Below the pieces are notes generated by a model, which did no database searches, was not told the DNA's origin, and saw only the letters and a list, made by a program, of their open reading frames with translations. From contig JAVZJR010000001.1 of the NCBI GenBank assembly GCA_038870635.1, forward strand, positions 227,601 to 291,600: a DNA stretch of 64,000 nt. Direction: 5' to 3'. The stretch comes from Candidatus Bilamarchaeaceae archaeon (GTDB taxonomy: Archaea > Micrarchaeota > Micrarchaeia > Anstonellales > Bilamarchaeaceae). The translations under genes were made by a program, and so were the position numbers. Shown here in pieces: positions 38,150 to 48,860 of this stretch. Numbering within the stretch: the first letter of the stretch is position 1; the number at the start of each line of letters is the position of its first letter.

Positions 38150-38620
38150 AAAGATTAAAATACAAAATTGATTGATAGTAAATGTCTTATTTGAGACCAC
38201 CTCTCCTTGTGGATTACTGATTGGGATAACTGCTTTCTTTGGATTGCTGGCTTTTTCCACAAGATAAGATAGTATTTGTTTTGAAGCTGGTATCGCATCG
38301 GTATCTGCTATTATTATAATTTCATAATCTTATCTGAATAGAGCATAAGAACCAATAAAAAAAGCCCCAGAGGTCCCTAATGAAAACTCTTCTTTTGCAT
38401 GGACTGCTGATAAATCTTTGAAAAGTTCCGCGTAGGGATCTATAGAAAGACCTTTTCTATAAAGGAAAAAATAATGTATTTTATTATATCCATCTAATTG
38501 CCGCATAGTTGTGATGAACTCCTTTAATTGGAGGAGCATTTCTACCACTGGACAAAAAAGAGCTATTTGTGCATTATTTTTTCTCTTATCTGCAACTATC
38601 TTACATAGAGGAACTATCAT
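38150..38620 (-). pseudogene. decayed paralog of the 33350-34573 glycosyltransferase
   Basis: LGTSGAFF..YALFR*DYEIIIIAD aligns with LGTSGAFF..YLGYSLGYEIIVVAD. In-frame TAA at 38330, then a frameshift and truncation. Boundaries approximate. Confidence 0.8.
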
Positions 38621-38639
38621 AGATGTATAATACTTTCGA

Positions 38640-39259
38640 TTTTTTGTATTTATTTCATAGTGCTGTATATCAGTACCATAATCTTGAAGATTTATAGAAA
38701 AAGTAGTTATTAATTCGTCCAACATGATAGCACCTTTCCCGCATACATTAAATACTTCTTTGTTTTTCATTAACAATTTTTCTATTATTTTGGCGACAAC
38801 AGCGGTATTTATAAACTGAAATTGCGACTTAGGATTAATAAAAAGTTTTTTGAGATAAATTATGTCATATATGGGGTTTTTCTTTAAACCTTCACCAATC
38901 ATTCCTCCTAATCGAAGAATTAACCAATTTTGAGCATATTTTTTAACTAAGAGTTCACCTAAGTACTTATCGAAGCCATAATTAGAAAGCAGTTCTGGTT
39001 TTATAATAACATCTTCATAATTATTCAGTGGATTTGATACATCATTATAGACATCTACTGATGATAAATAAACGTACTTCCTTATTTTAAAATCAAATAA
39101 AGTGTTTAAAGTAGTCTGCACATTCATTTCAAAATCAAGTTTTGGCTCTCTTGCAGCAAGTAATTTTTTTGAATTGCCATTTGCATTTATAAAAACATCA
39201 AAATACTGACCAAATAATGAAGAATAGTTATCTCTGTTTATACCAATAACTTCATAATC
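38640..39259 (-). pseudogene. truncated NAD-dependent epimerase/dehydratase
   Basis: DYEVIGINR..FINANGNS..YLSSVDVY..YGFDK..LILRL. The N-terminal GxxGxxG and start are missing, and the C-terminus is fused in frame to the glycosyltransferase remnant. Confidence 0.78.
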
Positions 39260-40181
39260 TCAACTTATCTAGATTGCTAATAAACCAATTATATGTTTTT
39301 CTAACACCGTCCTTTAAATTTGTTTTTGGTTGAAAGCTGAGCTCAGTATTCATTCTTGTAACATCAAAAATTTTCACTGGATGGCCGTCAGGTTTTGTAG
39401 GATCCCATGTAATTTTTCCTTCAAAACCAACAACTTCTTTTACTATTTCAACAAGCTCTTTTATTGCAACTCCATTTCCAGTAGAAATATTTATCGGCAT
39501 CTCAGAATGGTAATTATCAAGCATAATAACAAGGGCATCGGTAACATCATCTACATATATAAAATCTCTCACAGGCTTTCCACTTCCCCAAACAATCACT
39601 TCTTTGTCTCCTCTTTCTTTTGCAAAATGGAACCGCCTTATGAGACCTGGAATAACATGCGAACCTGTTTCAGAAAAATTATCATAAGGACCATAAGCAT
39701 TTCCAGGGATTGCTGCTACCCAATCCAATTTATATTGTTTTCTGTATGCAACAATTTGTAGGTAATTAGTTGCCTTCGCAAGTGAATAGAACATAGCATT
39801 TTCATCAGGAAGCCCCCTAAAAAGATATTCTTCTTTAATAGGGTTAGGTGCATCTTTTGGATAGGAACAACCACAAAAAGTATAAATAAGCCTTTTAACA
39901 CCAGCCTTTCTTGCTTCTTCTAAAAAATAAGTATTTATCGCAAGGTTTGTATATATAAAATCAGCTGGATAAGTTTTGTTAGCAAGGATGCCGCCGACCT
40001 TTGCAGCAAGATGGTACACTACATCTGGTGAAATATCCTTAAACAATTTACGAATTTCATTTTGTTCTAATAAATTGTAATCTTTTGAAGATAGAGCAAT
40101 AACCTCATATCCTTTATTAATCAATTTGGGCACTAAATTACTTCCTATGAACCCTGTACCACCAGTAACTAAAATTCTCAT
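39252..40181 (-). CDS. fcl: GDP-L-fucose synthase-like epimerase/reductase
   Basis: GGTGFIG, HLAAKVGGI.AN..YPADFI, CSYP, YSLAK, YGPYDNF, HVIP, WGSGKPVRDFIYVDD, KPDG. Confidence 0.88.
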   Translation of the reverse strand: MRILVTGGTGFIGSNLVPKLINKGYEVIALSSKDYNLLEQNEIRKLFKDISPDVVYHLAAKVGGILANKTYPADFIYTNLAINTYFLEEARKAGVKRLIYTFCGCSYPKDAPNPIKEEYLFRGLPDENAMFYSLAKATNYLQIVAYRKQYKLDWVAAIPGNAYGPYDNFSETGSHVIPGLIRRFHFAKERGDKEVIVWGSGKPVRDFIYVDDVTDALVIMLDNYHSEMPINISTGNGVAIKELVEIVKEVVGFEGKITWDPTKPDGHPVKIFDVTRMNTELSFQPKTNLKDGVRKTYNWFISNLDKLRL

Positions 40182-40190
40182 AAAAACCAC

Positions 40191-41192
40191 TTAATAATTT
40201 TTAAACCTATAATCTCTAAATGCTTGATAACCTTTTATAAGTTCATCTATGCCTTCATCTAAAGTATACTTATAAACAAAACCTGTTTTTTGTATTTTTT
40301 CTGTTGAAACAATATAATTTCTTTTATCTGGGTCTTGGCCAATCTCAGCATAGAAAATATTAAGGTTAGGTATTTTCTTTTTTATTAATAAAGCAAGTTC
40401 TTCTTTTGAAATGTTATAATCAGGATGGCCTAGATTGTAAATATTATTTTTCATTTTTTCCCAATTAACCATTGCCCAAAGAAAACCTCTAGCGGCATCA
40501 CGCACATGCAAAAAATTACGTTTAAATGTTCTCTCAAAAAGCACTATGCTTTTGTCTGTTAACGCTTTAAGTACAAAATCATTAACTAAGAGGTCTGTTC
40601 GCATTCTAGGAGAAAAACCAAAAAGAGTTGCGAGTCTAAATGAAATCGAATTACCTTCTGCCATCACTACTTTTTCCGCTTCTGCTTTACTTTTTCCATA
40701 AGTAGAGATCGGATTTAAAGGTGATTCTTCAGTACAAAATGTTTCCCCTGTTGTAGTTCCATAACCAGAGTTTGTATTCGGAAAAATTATTTTCTCTTCT
40801 TTCTTTCGGTACTTTAATAAATTTACTATTGCGTGGTGATTAATCATCCATGTTATCTCTGGTTTTTGTTCAGAAATAGGAAAACCTACAATAGCAGCAA
40901 GAGGAAAGATAAAATCATATTTTCTTTGTGAAAGTAGAGTAGCGATTAGTTTATCATTAGTAACATCACCATAAATAAACTCAAGTTTTTGTGTATAAAA
41001 AAGGTTAAATAAAGTATTCTGACCATAGGATAAATTATCTATAACTGTAACTTTGAAACCTCTATTTATAAGCATCTCTACAAGAACTGAGCCTAAATAA
41101 CCAGAACCGCCTGTAACAAGAATGGTGGTTCCATCTTCTGCCATCTTTTTTAATTTTGTTTCTGTTATCTTGTCAAACTCATCCACAAACAT
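40191..41192 (-). CDS. NAD-dependent SDR, Cj1427-like GDP-heptose C4-dehydrogenase
   Basis: GGSGYLG, PLAAIVG, PNTNSGYG, CTEESPLNPISTYGKSK, FRLATLFGFSPRMRTDLLVNDF, DPDKRNY. Confidence 0.8.
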   Translation of the reverse strand: MFVDEFDKITETKLKKMAEDGTTILVTGGSGYLGSVLVEMLINRGFKVTVIDNLSYGQNTLFNLFYTQKLEFIYGDVTNDKLIATLLSQRKYDFIFPLAAIVGFPISEQKPEITWMINHHAIVNLLKYRKKEEKIIFPNTNSGYGTTTGETFCTEESPLNPISTYGKSKAEAEKVVMAEGNSISFRLATLFGFSPRMRTDLLVNDFVLKALTDKSIVLFERTFKRNFLHVRDAARGFLWAMVNWEKMKNNIYNLGHPDYNISKEELALLIKKKIPNLNIFYAEIGQDPDKRNYIVSTEKIQKTGFVYKYTLDEGIDELIKGYQAFRDYRFKNY

Positions 41193-41251
41193 AAGAACAC
41201 CAACAAAATGTATTATATAATATTATAAAAGTTTTCTTAAAAAAATAAAAC

Positions 41252-42289
41252 ATGAAAACTCTTTATATAAAAGCTCGTGCTCCTTCTAGAATAGGAATTG
41301 GTGGGGGGGGTTCAGACCTACCTGCCTTTTTTGAAAGATATAGTGGCGCAGTGTTAAATGCTGCTGTCGATCTCTATTCCTACACTAAAATTCATTTAAA
41401 TGGAAATAAAAATACAAAAATAATATCTCATGATTGGGAATTTGCAAGAGAGATAACTGACACCAATCTTGAATTTGAACAAAATAAAAAAGACAATGTA
41501 GATATAATAAAAGCAGTGATGAAAGAATGTGAACTCAACCCCGCGAACGGCTATGAAATTCTCATACACTCGATGGCACCTAAAAACAGCGGGCTTGCAG
41601 GCTCATCCGCATTACTAGTTTCGTTACTACTTGCAATGTCAAATGTGGCGGGTAAACCAATCCTTGACAGAAAAATTCTTGCCGAAACTGCGATAGATAT
41701 AGAGAGAAATATTCTCAAAAGAATAGGTGGGCACCAAGATCAATATGCGTCTGTTTTTGGAGGGTTTAATTTTATTGAATTTTCAAAAAATGAAACTAAA
41801 ATATATCCGTTAAGATTGCAGGAAGACCTTATAGCAGAACTCCACTCAGCGATGATGTTGTTTGAAACACCTTACCAAAGGGTGCAACAAGCGCATGAAA
41901 TAGAAAAAAAGAAAGAAGAAGACATCTGTAGAGAAGGAGAGAGTGTTGAACATTTAAAAAAGATAAGAGATTATGCTTATGATATGAAAAATGCTCTTAT
42001 CAGTGGAGACTTGCAAGCACTTGGGGAACTTCTTCATCAATCATGGTTAGAAAAACAAAAATTACCAGGTGTAGCTGACAAAAACATTGAAAGATTATAT
42101 AAGATTGCCCTTGAGAATGGTGCATATGGTGGTAAACTGTGCGGTGCAGGCTCAGGAGGTTTTTTATTTGTAATAGCTGAATTATCAAATAGGAAAAAAG
42201 TTATAAATGCACTAAAAAAAGAAGGCGGGAATTTAGTTAATTTTGACTTTGATTTTAAGGGGGCACTCACATGGAGGACAGCATATTAA
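41252..42289 (+). CDS. hddA: D-glycero-alpha-D-manno-heptose-7-phosphate kinase (GHMP family)
   Basis: APSRIGIGGGGSD, PKNSGLAGSS, GHQDQYASVFGGFN, GGKLCGAGSGGF. Confidence 0.92.
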   Translation: MKTLYIKARAPSRIGIGGGGSDLPAFFERYSGAVLNAAVDLYSYTKIHLNGNKNTKIISHDWEFAREITDTNLEFEQNKKDNVDIIKAVMKECELNPANGYEILIHSMAPKNSGLAGSSALLVSLLLAMSNVAGKPILDRKILAETAIDIERNILKRIGGHQDQYASVFGGFNFIEFSKNETKIYPLRLQEDLIAELHSAMMLFETPYQRVQQAHEIEKKKEEDICREGESVEHLKKIRDYAYDMKNALISGDLQALGELLHQSWLEKQKLPGVADKNIERLYKIALENGAYGGKLCGAGSGGFLFVIAELSNRKKVINALKKEGGNLVNFDFDFKGALTWRTAY

Positions 42290-42849
42290 AAAAAAATCTT
42301 CAAGAGAATAAAGAATTAATCGAAAGAATGCAAAAAGATGAAAAATTAACACAACTGATAGAAGATGTTTCAAAAAAAATAATAGAATGCTATAAAAATG
42401 GTGGTAAAACTATATTTTTTGGCAATGGAGGGTCAGCAGCAGATGCTCAACATGCTGCAGCTGAATTTATAGGTAAATACTTTAAAGACAGAAAAGCACT
42501 ACCTTCTATTGCGCTAACGACTAATACATCTGCATTAACTGCAATAGGAAACGATTATAGTTACGATGAGGTTTTCAAAAGGCAACTCGAGGGTTTACTA
42601 AACGAGGGAGATGTTGTTGTAGGAATATCGACAAGCGGCAACTCACCCAATGTTGTAAAAGCGCTAGAATACGCAAAAAATAATGGCGCCATTACTGTTG
42701 CTTTAGTAGGAGCAAAAAAATGTAGATTAGAGGAAATTGCAGATATATGTATAAAAATACCAAGTGAATCAACGCCAAGAATACAAGAAATGCATGAACT
42801 TTTATTACACACGATATGTGAAATTGTTGAAAAAGAACTATTTCCTTGA
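42271..42849 (+). CDS. gmhA: sedoheptulose-7-phosphate isomerase
   Basis: GNGGSAADAQH, GNDY, ISTSGNS, RIQEMH. Confidence 0.97.
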   Translation: MEDSILKKNLQENKELIERMQKDEKLTQLIEDVSKKIIECYKNGGKTIFFGNGGSAADAQHAAAEFIGKYFKDRKALPSIALTTNTSALTAIGNDYSYDEVFKRQLEGLLNEGDVVVGISTSGNSPNVVKALEYAKNNGAITVALVGAKKCRLEEIADICIKIPSESTPRIQEMHELLLHTICEIVEKELFP

Positions 42850-44118
42850 TTTTTTGTAAAGTTTTTTAATTAATTTAGCTGCCTCTAATAAGTCATTCAC
42901 CACAAATGACGGAGTGGCAACATAATTTTTATCTTTTCCTTTTAAACCTTTTTTTACTAAGATAGTGGTGCTGCCCACAATATTCCCCATTAATATATCG
43001 GCAGAAGAATCACCGACAACATAAGATGAAGAAAGATCTATTCTAAATTTTTTTTGTATTTTTAAAAGCATCCCTGGTTTTGGTTTTCTACATTCACAAT
43101 TATCTTCTGGCCTGTGAGGACAAACAAAAATACCATTTACTTTTATATTATTTATTTTGAATACTTCTAACATTTTTTTGTGAATTCTTGAAAGCATATT
43201 TTTAGTTGCTATTCCTCTACCAATCATAGATTGATTAGTAACTATAAATATTGGCAGTTTAAGTTTTGAGAGTTTTTTTAAAGCAGGGATAGAATTTTTT
43301 TCAAATACAAATTCGTGTGGAAACTTTACATAGTCAAAACGATGCTTATTTATAACCCCATCTCTGTCAAGAAAGATTGCTGGTTTTCCTTTTTCCCTAT
43401 TTTTAAAAAATTCTTCAGCTTGTTTAAGAGATTGGAAAGTACCAATATCAAGAAAAAAACCCTTACCGTGGTAAGCGAATAATTTCTTTTTTGCAGCAAA
43501 GAGTGGAAACACATCCTTTTCTATAGAAAAAATGCGAGGCAACCTTCCTTTTTTTAAGAGGGAATGTAAATACCTTATAGCTGCTGAATTAAAAAGATAA
43601 ACACCTGCATTGAAAAGCCCAAAACCACTTTTTTGTTTTTCTAGAAATTCTTTAACTAAGCCATTTTTTTCTATTACGATAGAACCGCGATCCTTAAGTT
43701 CACCCTCCATAGCATAGATGCTTGCCCATGCTTTTTTTTGGTTATGAAAAGATATGAAACTATCAAGATCAAAATTTAGATAAGTATCACCATTAAAAAG
43801 CAAAATTGGCTTGGTAACCGCTTCTGAAAATGCATTAAGAAGAGCCCCACCGGTCCCAAGAGGCTCTTTTTCTTCTGAATAAGTAATACGAAGACCGAAC
43901 TTTTTTCCTTCACCACAAAAACGTTTTACCATTTTTCCCTTATATCCTAGTAGAAGAACAACTTCTTTTAAGCCTAACAAAGAAAGTTGGGATAATAGAT
44001 AATACAAAAAAGGTTTTTTGTTTATTTTTATAAGTGGTTTTGGTATTTTTAACGTAAGAGGTCTTAAACGGGTTCCTAACCCACCTACAAGAATAGCAAC
44101 TATTGGTTTTTCAACCAT
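42838..44118 (-). CDS. fused heptose-1-phosphate guanylyltransferase (HddC-like) and heptose-1,7-bisphosphate phosphatase (GmhB-like)
   Basis: GGLGTRL..PKPL, EPLGTGG, NGD, FLDIG; then FLDRDGVIN, VTNQS, CPH..CECRKPKPG, VVGD. Confidence 0.93.
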   Translation of the reverse strand: MVEKPIVAILVGGLGTRLRPLTLKIPKPLIKINKKPFLYYLLSQLSLLGLKEVVLLLGYKGKMVKRFCGEGKKFGLRITYSEEKEPLGTGGALLNAFSEAVTKPILLFNGDTYLNFDLDSFISFHNQKKAWASIYAMEGELKDRGSIVIEKNGLVKEFLEKQKSGFGLFNAGVYLFNSAAIRYLHSLLKKGRLPRIFSIEKDVFPLFAAKKKLFAYHGKGFFLDIGTFQSLKQAEEFFKNREKGKPAIFLDRDGVINKHRFDYVKFPHEFVFEKNSIPALKKLSKLKLPIFIVTNQSMIGRGIATKNMLSRIHKKMLEVFKINNIKVNGIFVCPHRPEDNCECRKPKPGMLLKIQKKFRIDLSSSYVVGDSSADILMGNIVGSTTILVKKGLKGKDKNYVATPSFVVNDLLEAAKLIKKLYKKSRK

Positions 44119-44202
44119 TTTTACACCTTTACATACAAAACTTACTAAATACCATCCACTTGTATATTTTTAAGCAATATTGATTACTTACATTATGATT
44201 TT

Positions 44203-45309
44203 ATGAAAATCTTACAAGCAGTGCATGCTTTTCCTCCAAGCCAGGGAGGAATAGAACATCACGTCTATCATCTTAGCAAGGAACTTGTAAAAATGGATAA
44301 CGAAGTAGTTGTAGTAACAACAAACGAAAAAGGACAAAAAAGTGAAGAAAAACTAGAAGGAATTGAAATAAAACGTCTTCCAGCCATAAAATTTCCGCTT
44401 TTTTCAGCAGCAAGATTGCCTATCGGTGCGTGTATTACAATGATAAAAGAAAATGCAGACATATATGCTTCGCATGGTTATGGATCTATTATGCCTCTCT
44501 TTACAGCAATGGCGGCCTTAGTGAGAAAAAAACCCTTTATATTTACACTTCATGGCTATCCAATAGTAAAAGGAAAAAGAAAAATTTTCTATTATTTTTA
44601 TAGATTATTTATTGCGCCTGTTTTTTTAGCACTTGCCACAAAAGTAATCGTTGTTTCTCGAGCATCTTTACCTTTTATAACTAAAGAAGTATCAAAAAAT
44701 AAGATCGTATATATACCTAATGGAATAGACGAAAAATTTGACTGCAAGCTGGATTATGAAAACAAAAAATATATTACATATATTGGAAGACTAGATGAAG
44801 ATAAAGGCATAGATATACTCATCAAAGCATACTCAAGAATAAATAAAAAATACCCTAACCTAAAACTCCAAATTGTGGGAAAAGACGAAGGAATAAAAAA
44901 CAAATTACAAAAACTTGCAGAAAAATTAAACGTTGAACTAATATTCAAAGAAACACCTTATGACAGAATAAAAGAGGTGTATTGCGAAAGTAAAGCAATA
45001 GTACTGCCAAGTAAGTATGAGGGTTTTAGTCTTGTTTGGCTTGAAGCCACAGCGTCAGGCAGGCCGATGTTCTCAACACCTGTAGGGGAAGCGCCGGCTT
45101 TTTTTGAGCAAGTTTATGAAAAAAACAAAGATTTGTTTTTGTTTAAAGACGAAAACGAATTAGTAAAAAAACTTGATGAATTTTTGACTGATGAAAATAA
45201 ATACAAAAAAATAATAGAAAGAGCAAAGTATATTGTTCATGAAGAATATTCCTGGGAAAACATTGCATTACAAACTCTAAATGTATATAAAGAAATAGTC
45301 AAAAAATAA
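44203..45309 (+). CDS. glycosyltransferase family 4
   Basis: FPPSQGGIE, IPNGID, IGRLDEDKG, PSKYEGFSLVWLEA. Confidence 0.94.
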   Translation: MKILQAVHAFPPSQGGIEHHVYHLSKELVKMDNEVVVVTTNEKGQKSEEKLEGIEIKRLPAIKFPLFSAARLPIGACITMIKENADIYASHGYGSIMPLFTAMAALVRKKPFIFTLHGYPIVKGKRKIFYYFYRLFIAPVFLALATKVIVVSRASLPFITKEVSKNKIVYIPNGIDEKFDCKLDYENKKYITYIGRLDEDKGIDILIKAYSRINKKYPNLKLQIVGKDEGIKNKLQKLAEKLNVELIFKETPYDRIKEVYCESKAIVLPSKYEGFSLVWLEATASGRPMFSTPVGEAPAFFEQVYEKNKDLFLFKDENELVKKLDEFLTDENKYKKIIERAKYIVHEEYSWENIALQTLNVYKEIVKK

Positions 45310-47148
45310 TCAACTATACTTAATTTTGTATATCGCTGCTATCTTTTGCTCGTTTTCTTTATAACTCCAAACTTCTTCTAAATATTTATCCAAGCCTGGG
45401 TGCCATGGTCTTTCAATACTTCGATAATTTTCATAAGATACTATCAAAAGAGGGTATTGACGAACATACCAAACCTTAACAGAGGGATCGATCCATGTTG
45501 TGGTATTAATATACTTTATATTATTTTTATCCAAATACGCACGATTAGATGGAGTATCAAAAGTCAATAAAGGATCGAAAGGATAAATCGTACTCTTATC
45601 GGGCGCTAAACCGAAATCTAAAAACACCCAATTAATATCCCAATAAAGATAAGTTATATTATACTTTTTTAAGAGTGTTAAACGTTCTTCATCATTATTT
45701 CCATAAAGTATTATTGCTGCTTCAAGATCGCGCTGTGGCGTATCAGCATAGGGGTCATTTTGGTGCGCCCATCTATTTGTGACTAATTTTCTACCCGTAA
45801 GAGCATTAAGTATAAAACCAAGTTCTTTTTGAGAAAGAAAAATATCATTTACTGATGTATTATGTTTTACGTAAGTGGCTGCAGATGTAAAAGATTGAGG
45901 AATGGGATAATAAGCATTTTTAAAAAAAACATTATTTTCTCTTCCAGCAGTACCATTTTGCACTATCAAATAAAAAAGTATGACAAAAGTAACAAAGAAA
46001 ACAAAACTATTTTTTTGTAAGTTTATAAAAGTTTTTTGTTTTTCTAGGAAAAAAGTACCGCATAAAAACAACACTGGAATAAAAGCTATGCTACGAATGT
46101 AATTGTTAATAAAATTAATATGAAGTAAAGGTTCTGTTATAAAATAAGAAAGCATCGCAGATAAAACCCCTACAAGGGCTATATAAATAAAAGTGCTCTT
46201 TTTATCTTCTTGCCATTTTTTTAGATTAAGAATAAGAGAAACCGCTGCAAAAATAAAAAAGAAAGACGAAATATTAGAAAAATTAAGAAAATAAAGTTGG
46301 ATGGTATCAAAAATAAACCAAATCTGCACATCAATCAAACCAAAATCTGGAATATCCATGTGTACTCTGTCGTAGGCAGGTTTAAGATGATAAAAAAAGA
46401 TTGGTTGATAAAAATAGAGTAAGATTATAGGTATGCTAATAAACAAAAAAGCAAGTAGTGGTATTCTATTTTGAATTACAACTGATTTCAAGTCTTCTTT
46501 TTTTATAGTTAGAAAATAGAGTTTATAGACAACAAAGAATCCCAAGATAAAAGATGCAGAAATAAAAACAACCAAATGGGAAATTGAAAGGATAGAGTAA
46601 AAAAAAGCAAAAGCGGTGGTATTTTTTAAATTAAAGTTATTATACGTTTCATATAAAAAAAATAAAAACAAAGGAAAAACAACAAGATAGGTAAAATTTG
46701 TATATTTTATTATCGGAAATGCAAGGGGATTTTCTACTGCTAAGAAAAAAAATAAAACGCATAATAATGCAAGGTTATTGTTATCTACAAATTTTTTTAT
46801 AAGAAAAAACCAAATTAATGGAATAATGAATGCTAAAATAACTGAAAAATATACTAAAGCGTGAAAAGCATCCATTCCTGTTATAATGGCAAATAAAGCA
46901 ACAACTATAGAAAAAAGCGGTAGATAACCAGGCATGCGACCGCCACTGAGTGATGAACTCTCAAAAGGGTTACCTCCTTCTAAAATGTTTATTACAGAAC
47001 CAAGTTGATAATACATATCTCCCCCAAAAATAGGTGAGGGCAACGCCTGAAATTTTGAAACTATATCATAAGTGGAATAAGCAAAAAAAACACAAAAAAA
47101 CAATAGAAGGACATATGGAAAAAATACAACTGGAAAATTAAATCTCAT
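45310..47148 (-). CDS. GT-C-like integral membrane protein (putative lipid-linked-sugar transferase)
   Basis: GGDMYYQ in the first loop, YLPLF, many TM helices, soluble C-terminal domain with LKKYNITYLY. Confidence 0.6.
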   Translation of the reverse strand: MRFNFPVVFFPYVLLLFFCVFFAYSTYDIVSKFQALPSPIFGGDMYYQLGSVINILEGGNPFESSSLSGGRMPGYLPLFSIVVALFAIITGMDAFHALVYFSVILAFIIPLIWFFLIKKFVDNNNLALLCVLFFFLAVENPLAFPIIKYTNFTYLVVFPLFLFFLYETYNNFNLKNTTAFAFFYSILSISHLVVFISASFILGFFVVYKLYFLTIKKEDLKSVVIQNRIPLLAFLFISIPIILLYFYQPIFFYHLKPAYDRVHMDIPDFGLIDVQIWFIFDTIQLYFLNFSNISSFFFIFAAVSLILNLKKWQEDKKSTFIYIALVGVLSAMLSYFITEPLLHINFINNYIRSIAFIPVLFLCGTFFLEKQKTFINLQKNSFVFFVTFVILFYLIVQNGTAGRENNVFFKNAYYPIPQSFTSAATYVKHNTSVNDIFLSQKELGFILNALTGRKLVTNRWAHQNDPYADTPQRDLEAAIILYGNNDEERLTLLKKYNITYLYWDINWVFLDFGLAPDKSTIYPFDPLLTFDTPSNRAYLDKNNIKYINTTTWIDPSVKVWYVRQYPLLIVSYENYRSIERPWHPGLDKYLEEVWSYKENEQKIAAIYKIKYS

Positions 47149-47250
47149 AAACCACATTATTTTCTAAGTGGTTAAAAACATATCTAAAGAGCGACTAGTT
47201 CTTACAGAAAATAACAAATCATTTTAATATATTAGCAGGAATATAGCGAT

Positions 47251-47910
47251 ATGAAAATAGCAGTATTACTTCCCACTTATAATGAAGAAGAAGAGATTGG
47301 GAAAATATTAAAAGACATAAAAAAATTAAATAATGAAATAAAAAGTTATGTTGTTGATAGCGGTTCAAAAGACAAAACTGTTTTTATAGCAAAAAACACT
47401 GGAGCTTCAGTAATAGAAATCTCTAAAAGAGGAAAGGCTATGGCTGTAAGGGAGGCCTTAAAAAAAATAAATGAAGAGTATTTAGTTATGATGGACTCGG
47501 ACGGAAGCTATTCTATAAAAGATATCAGTTTAATTATAGAAAAACTAAAAGAAGCAGATGTTGTAATAGGTTCGAGATTAAAGGGAAGTATAGAGAGGGG
47601 GGCCATGGCAGAAATAAATAGAATCGGGAACATTTTTTTGAGTTTTTTAGCAAGTCTTATTTATGGAAAACAAATAAGCGATGTTTGCTCGGGTATGTGG
47701 GGTTTTAGGAAAAAAGCTTACAAACAATTAGACATAAAAGCAAAACATTTTGAGTTAGAAGTTGATTTGTTTGCAAACTGTGCCAAAAAAAATTTCAAAA
47801 TAATAGAGGTGCCAATAACTTATAAAAAAAGGACAGGAAAAACAAAACTAAATCCTTTTGTTGATGGAACAAAAATAGCATTTCATTTAATAAAGAGAAG
47901 ATTTTTTTAA
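47251..47910 (+). CDS. DPM1-like family 2 glycosyltransferase
   Basis: LPTYNEE, VVDSGSKD, GK, MDSDGSY, VIGSR, DVCSG, EVPI.Y. Confidence 0.94.
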   Translation: MKIAVLLPTYNEEEEIGKILKDIKKLNNEIKSYVVDSGSKDKTVFIAKNTGASVIEISKRGKAMAVREALKKINEEYLVMMDSDGSYSIKDISLIIEKLKEADVVIGSRLKGSIERGAMAEINRIGNIFLSFLASLIYGKQISDVCSGMWGFRKKAYKQLDIKAKHFELEVDLFANCAKKNFKIIEVPITYKKRTGKTKLNPFVDGTKIAFHLIKRRFF

Positions 47911-47930
47911 ATAGTGTACCTATTTAAAAC

Positions 47931-48860
47931 ATGCGAGTTTTAGTAACGGGCGGTGCTGGCTTCATAGGGTCGCATCTAGCAGAGGCTTTATTAAAGAGAG
48001 GTCACGCAGTGCGAATACTTGATAATTTCTCAACAGGCAAGGAAGAAAACATAAAAGATATAGAAAATAGTATAGAAATAATAAGAGGAAGCATAACAGA
48101 AAAGGAAGTATTAGAAAACGCAATAGAAAATGTAGATTACGTTTTGCACCACGCTGCACAAATATCAGTTGTTGATTCTATAAAAAATCCAAAAAAAACT
48201 TGGGAGATAAATATAAAAGGAACAAAACTTTTGCTAAATGCCGCAGTAAAAAACAAAGTAAAAAAAGTTATATTGGCTTCTTCTGCTGCTGTTTATGGAA
48301 ACGAACCTGGCTTGCCAAAAACAGAGCAAATGAGAACAAAGCCAACCTCACCTTACGGAGACTCAAAACTTATGAATGAATATATGGCGCAAAAGTACCA
48401 CCAACAAGATAAAATAAATATAATTAGTTTGCGTTATTTTAACGTATATGGCCCAAGGCAACATCCACAATCAGCTTATGCAGGAGTAATCTCAAAATTT
48501 ATGGAGAAAATGATAAAAGGTGAAAGGCCAATCATATATGGTAATGGAGAACAAACAAGAGATTTTGTATATGTTGAAGATGTTGTTTCTGCCAATATCT
48601 TAGCGCTAGAAAGCACGGTAAAAAATGGAATTTATAACATTGGAAGTGGAAAAGAAACAAGTCTAAATGAACTAGTTAAAACATTGAATGAAATCTTGGG
48701 CACAAAAATAGAACCTATCTATGAACCACCAAGAGAAGGGGATATACAAAGATCAGTCGCAGATATTTCAAAAGCAAAAAAAGATTTAGGTTATATACCA
48801 AAGTACACCCTTAAAGAAGGGCTAACTAAAACGATAGAATGGTATAGAAGCATAAATTAA
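47931..48860 (+). CDS. UDP-glucose/UDP-GlcNAc 4-epimerase-like SDR
   Basis: GGAGFIGSH, SSAAVYG, SPYGDSK, LRYFNVYGPRQ, QTRDFVYV. Confidence 0.92.
   Translation: MRVLVTGGAGFIGSHLAEALLKRGHAVRILDNFSTGKEENIKDIENSIEIIRGSITEKEVLENAIENVDYVLHHAAQISVVDSIKNPKKTWEINIKGTKLLLNAAVKNKVKKVILASSAAVYGNEPGLPKTEQMRTKPTSPYGDSKLMNEYMAQKYHQQDKINIISLRYFNVYGPRQHPQSAYAGVISKFMEKMIKGERPIIYGNGEQTRDFVYVEDVVSANILALESTVKNGIYNIGSGKETSLNELVKTLNEILGTKIEPIYEPPREGDIQRSVADISKAKKDLGYIPKYTLKEGLTKTIEWYRSIN

Noticed and set aside
38330..39127. Novel epimerase-glycosyltransferase fusion protein
   Set aside because: Both parts are truncated and the glycosyltransferase homology continues past a stop codon, so it is treated as a pseudogene chimera.
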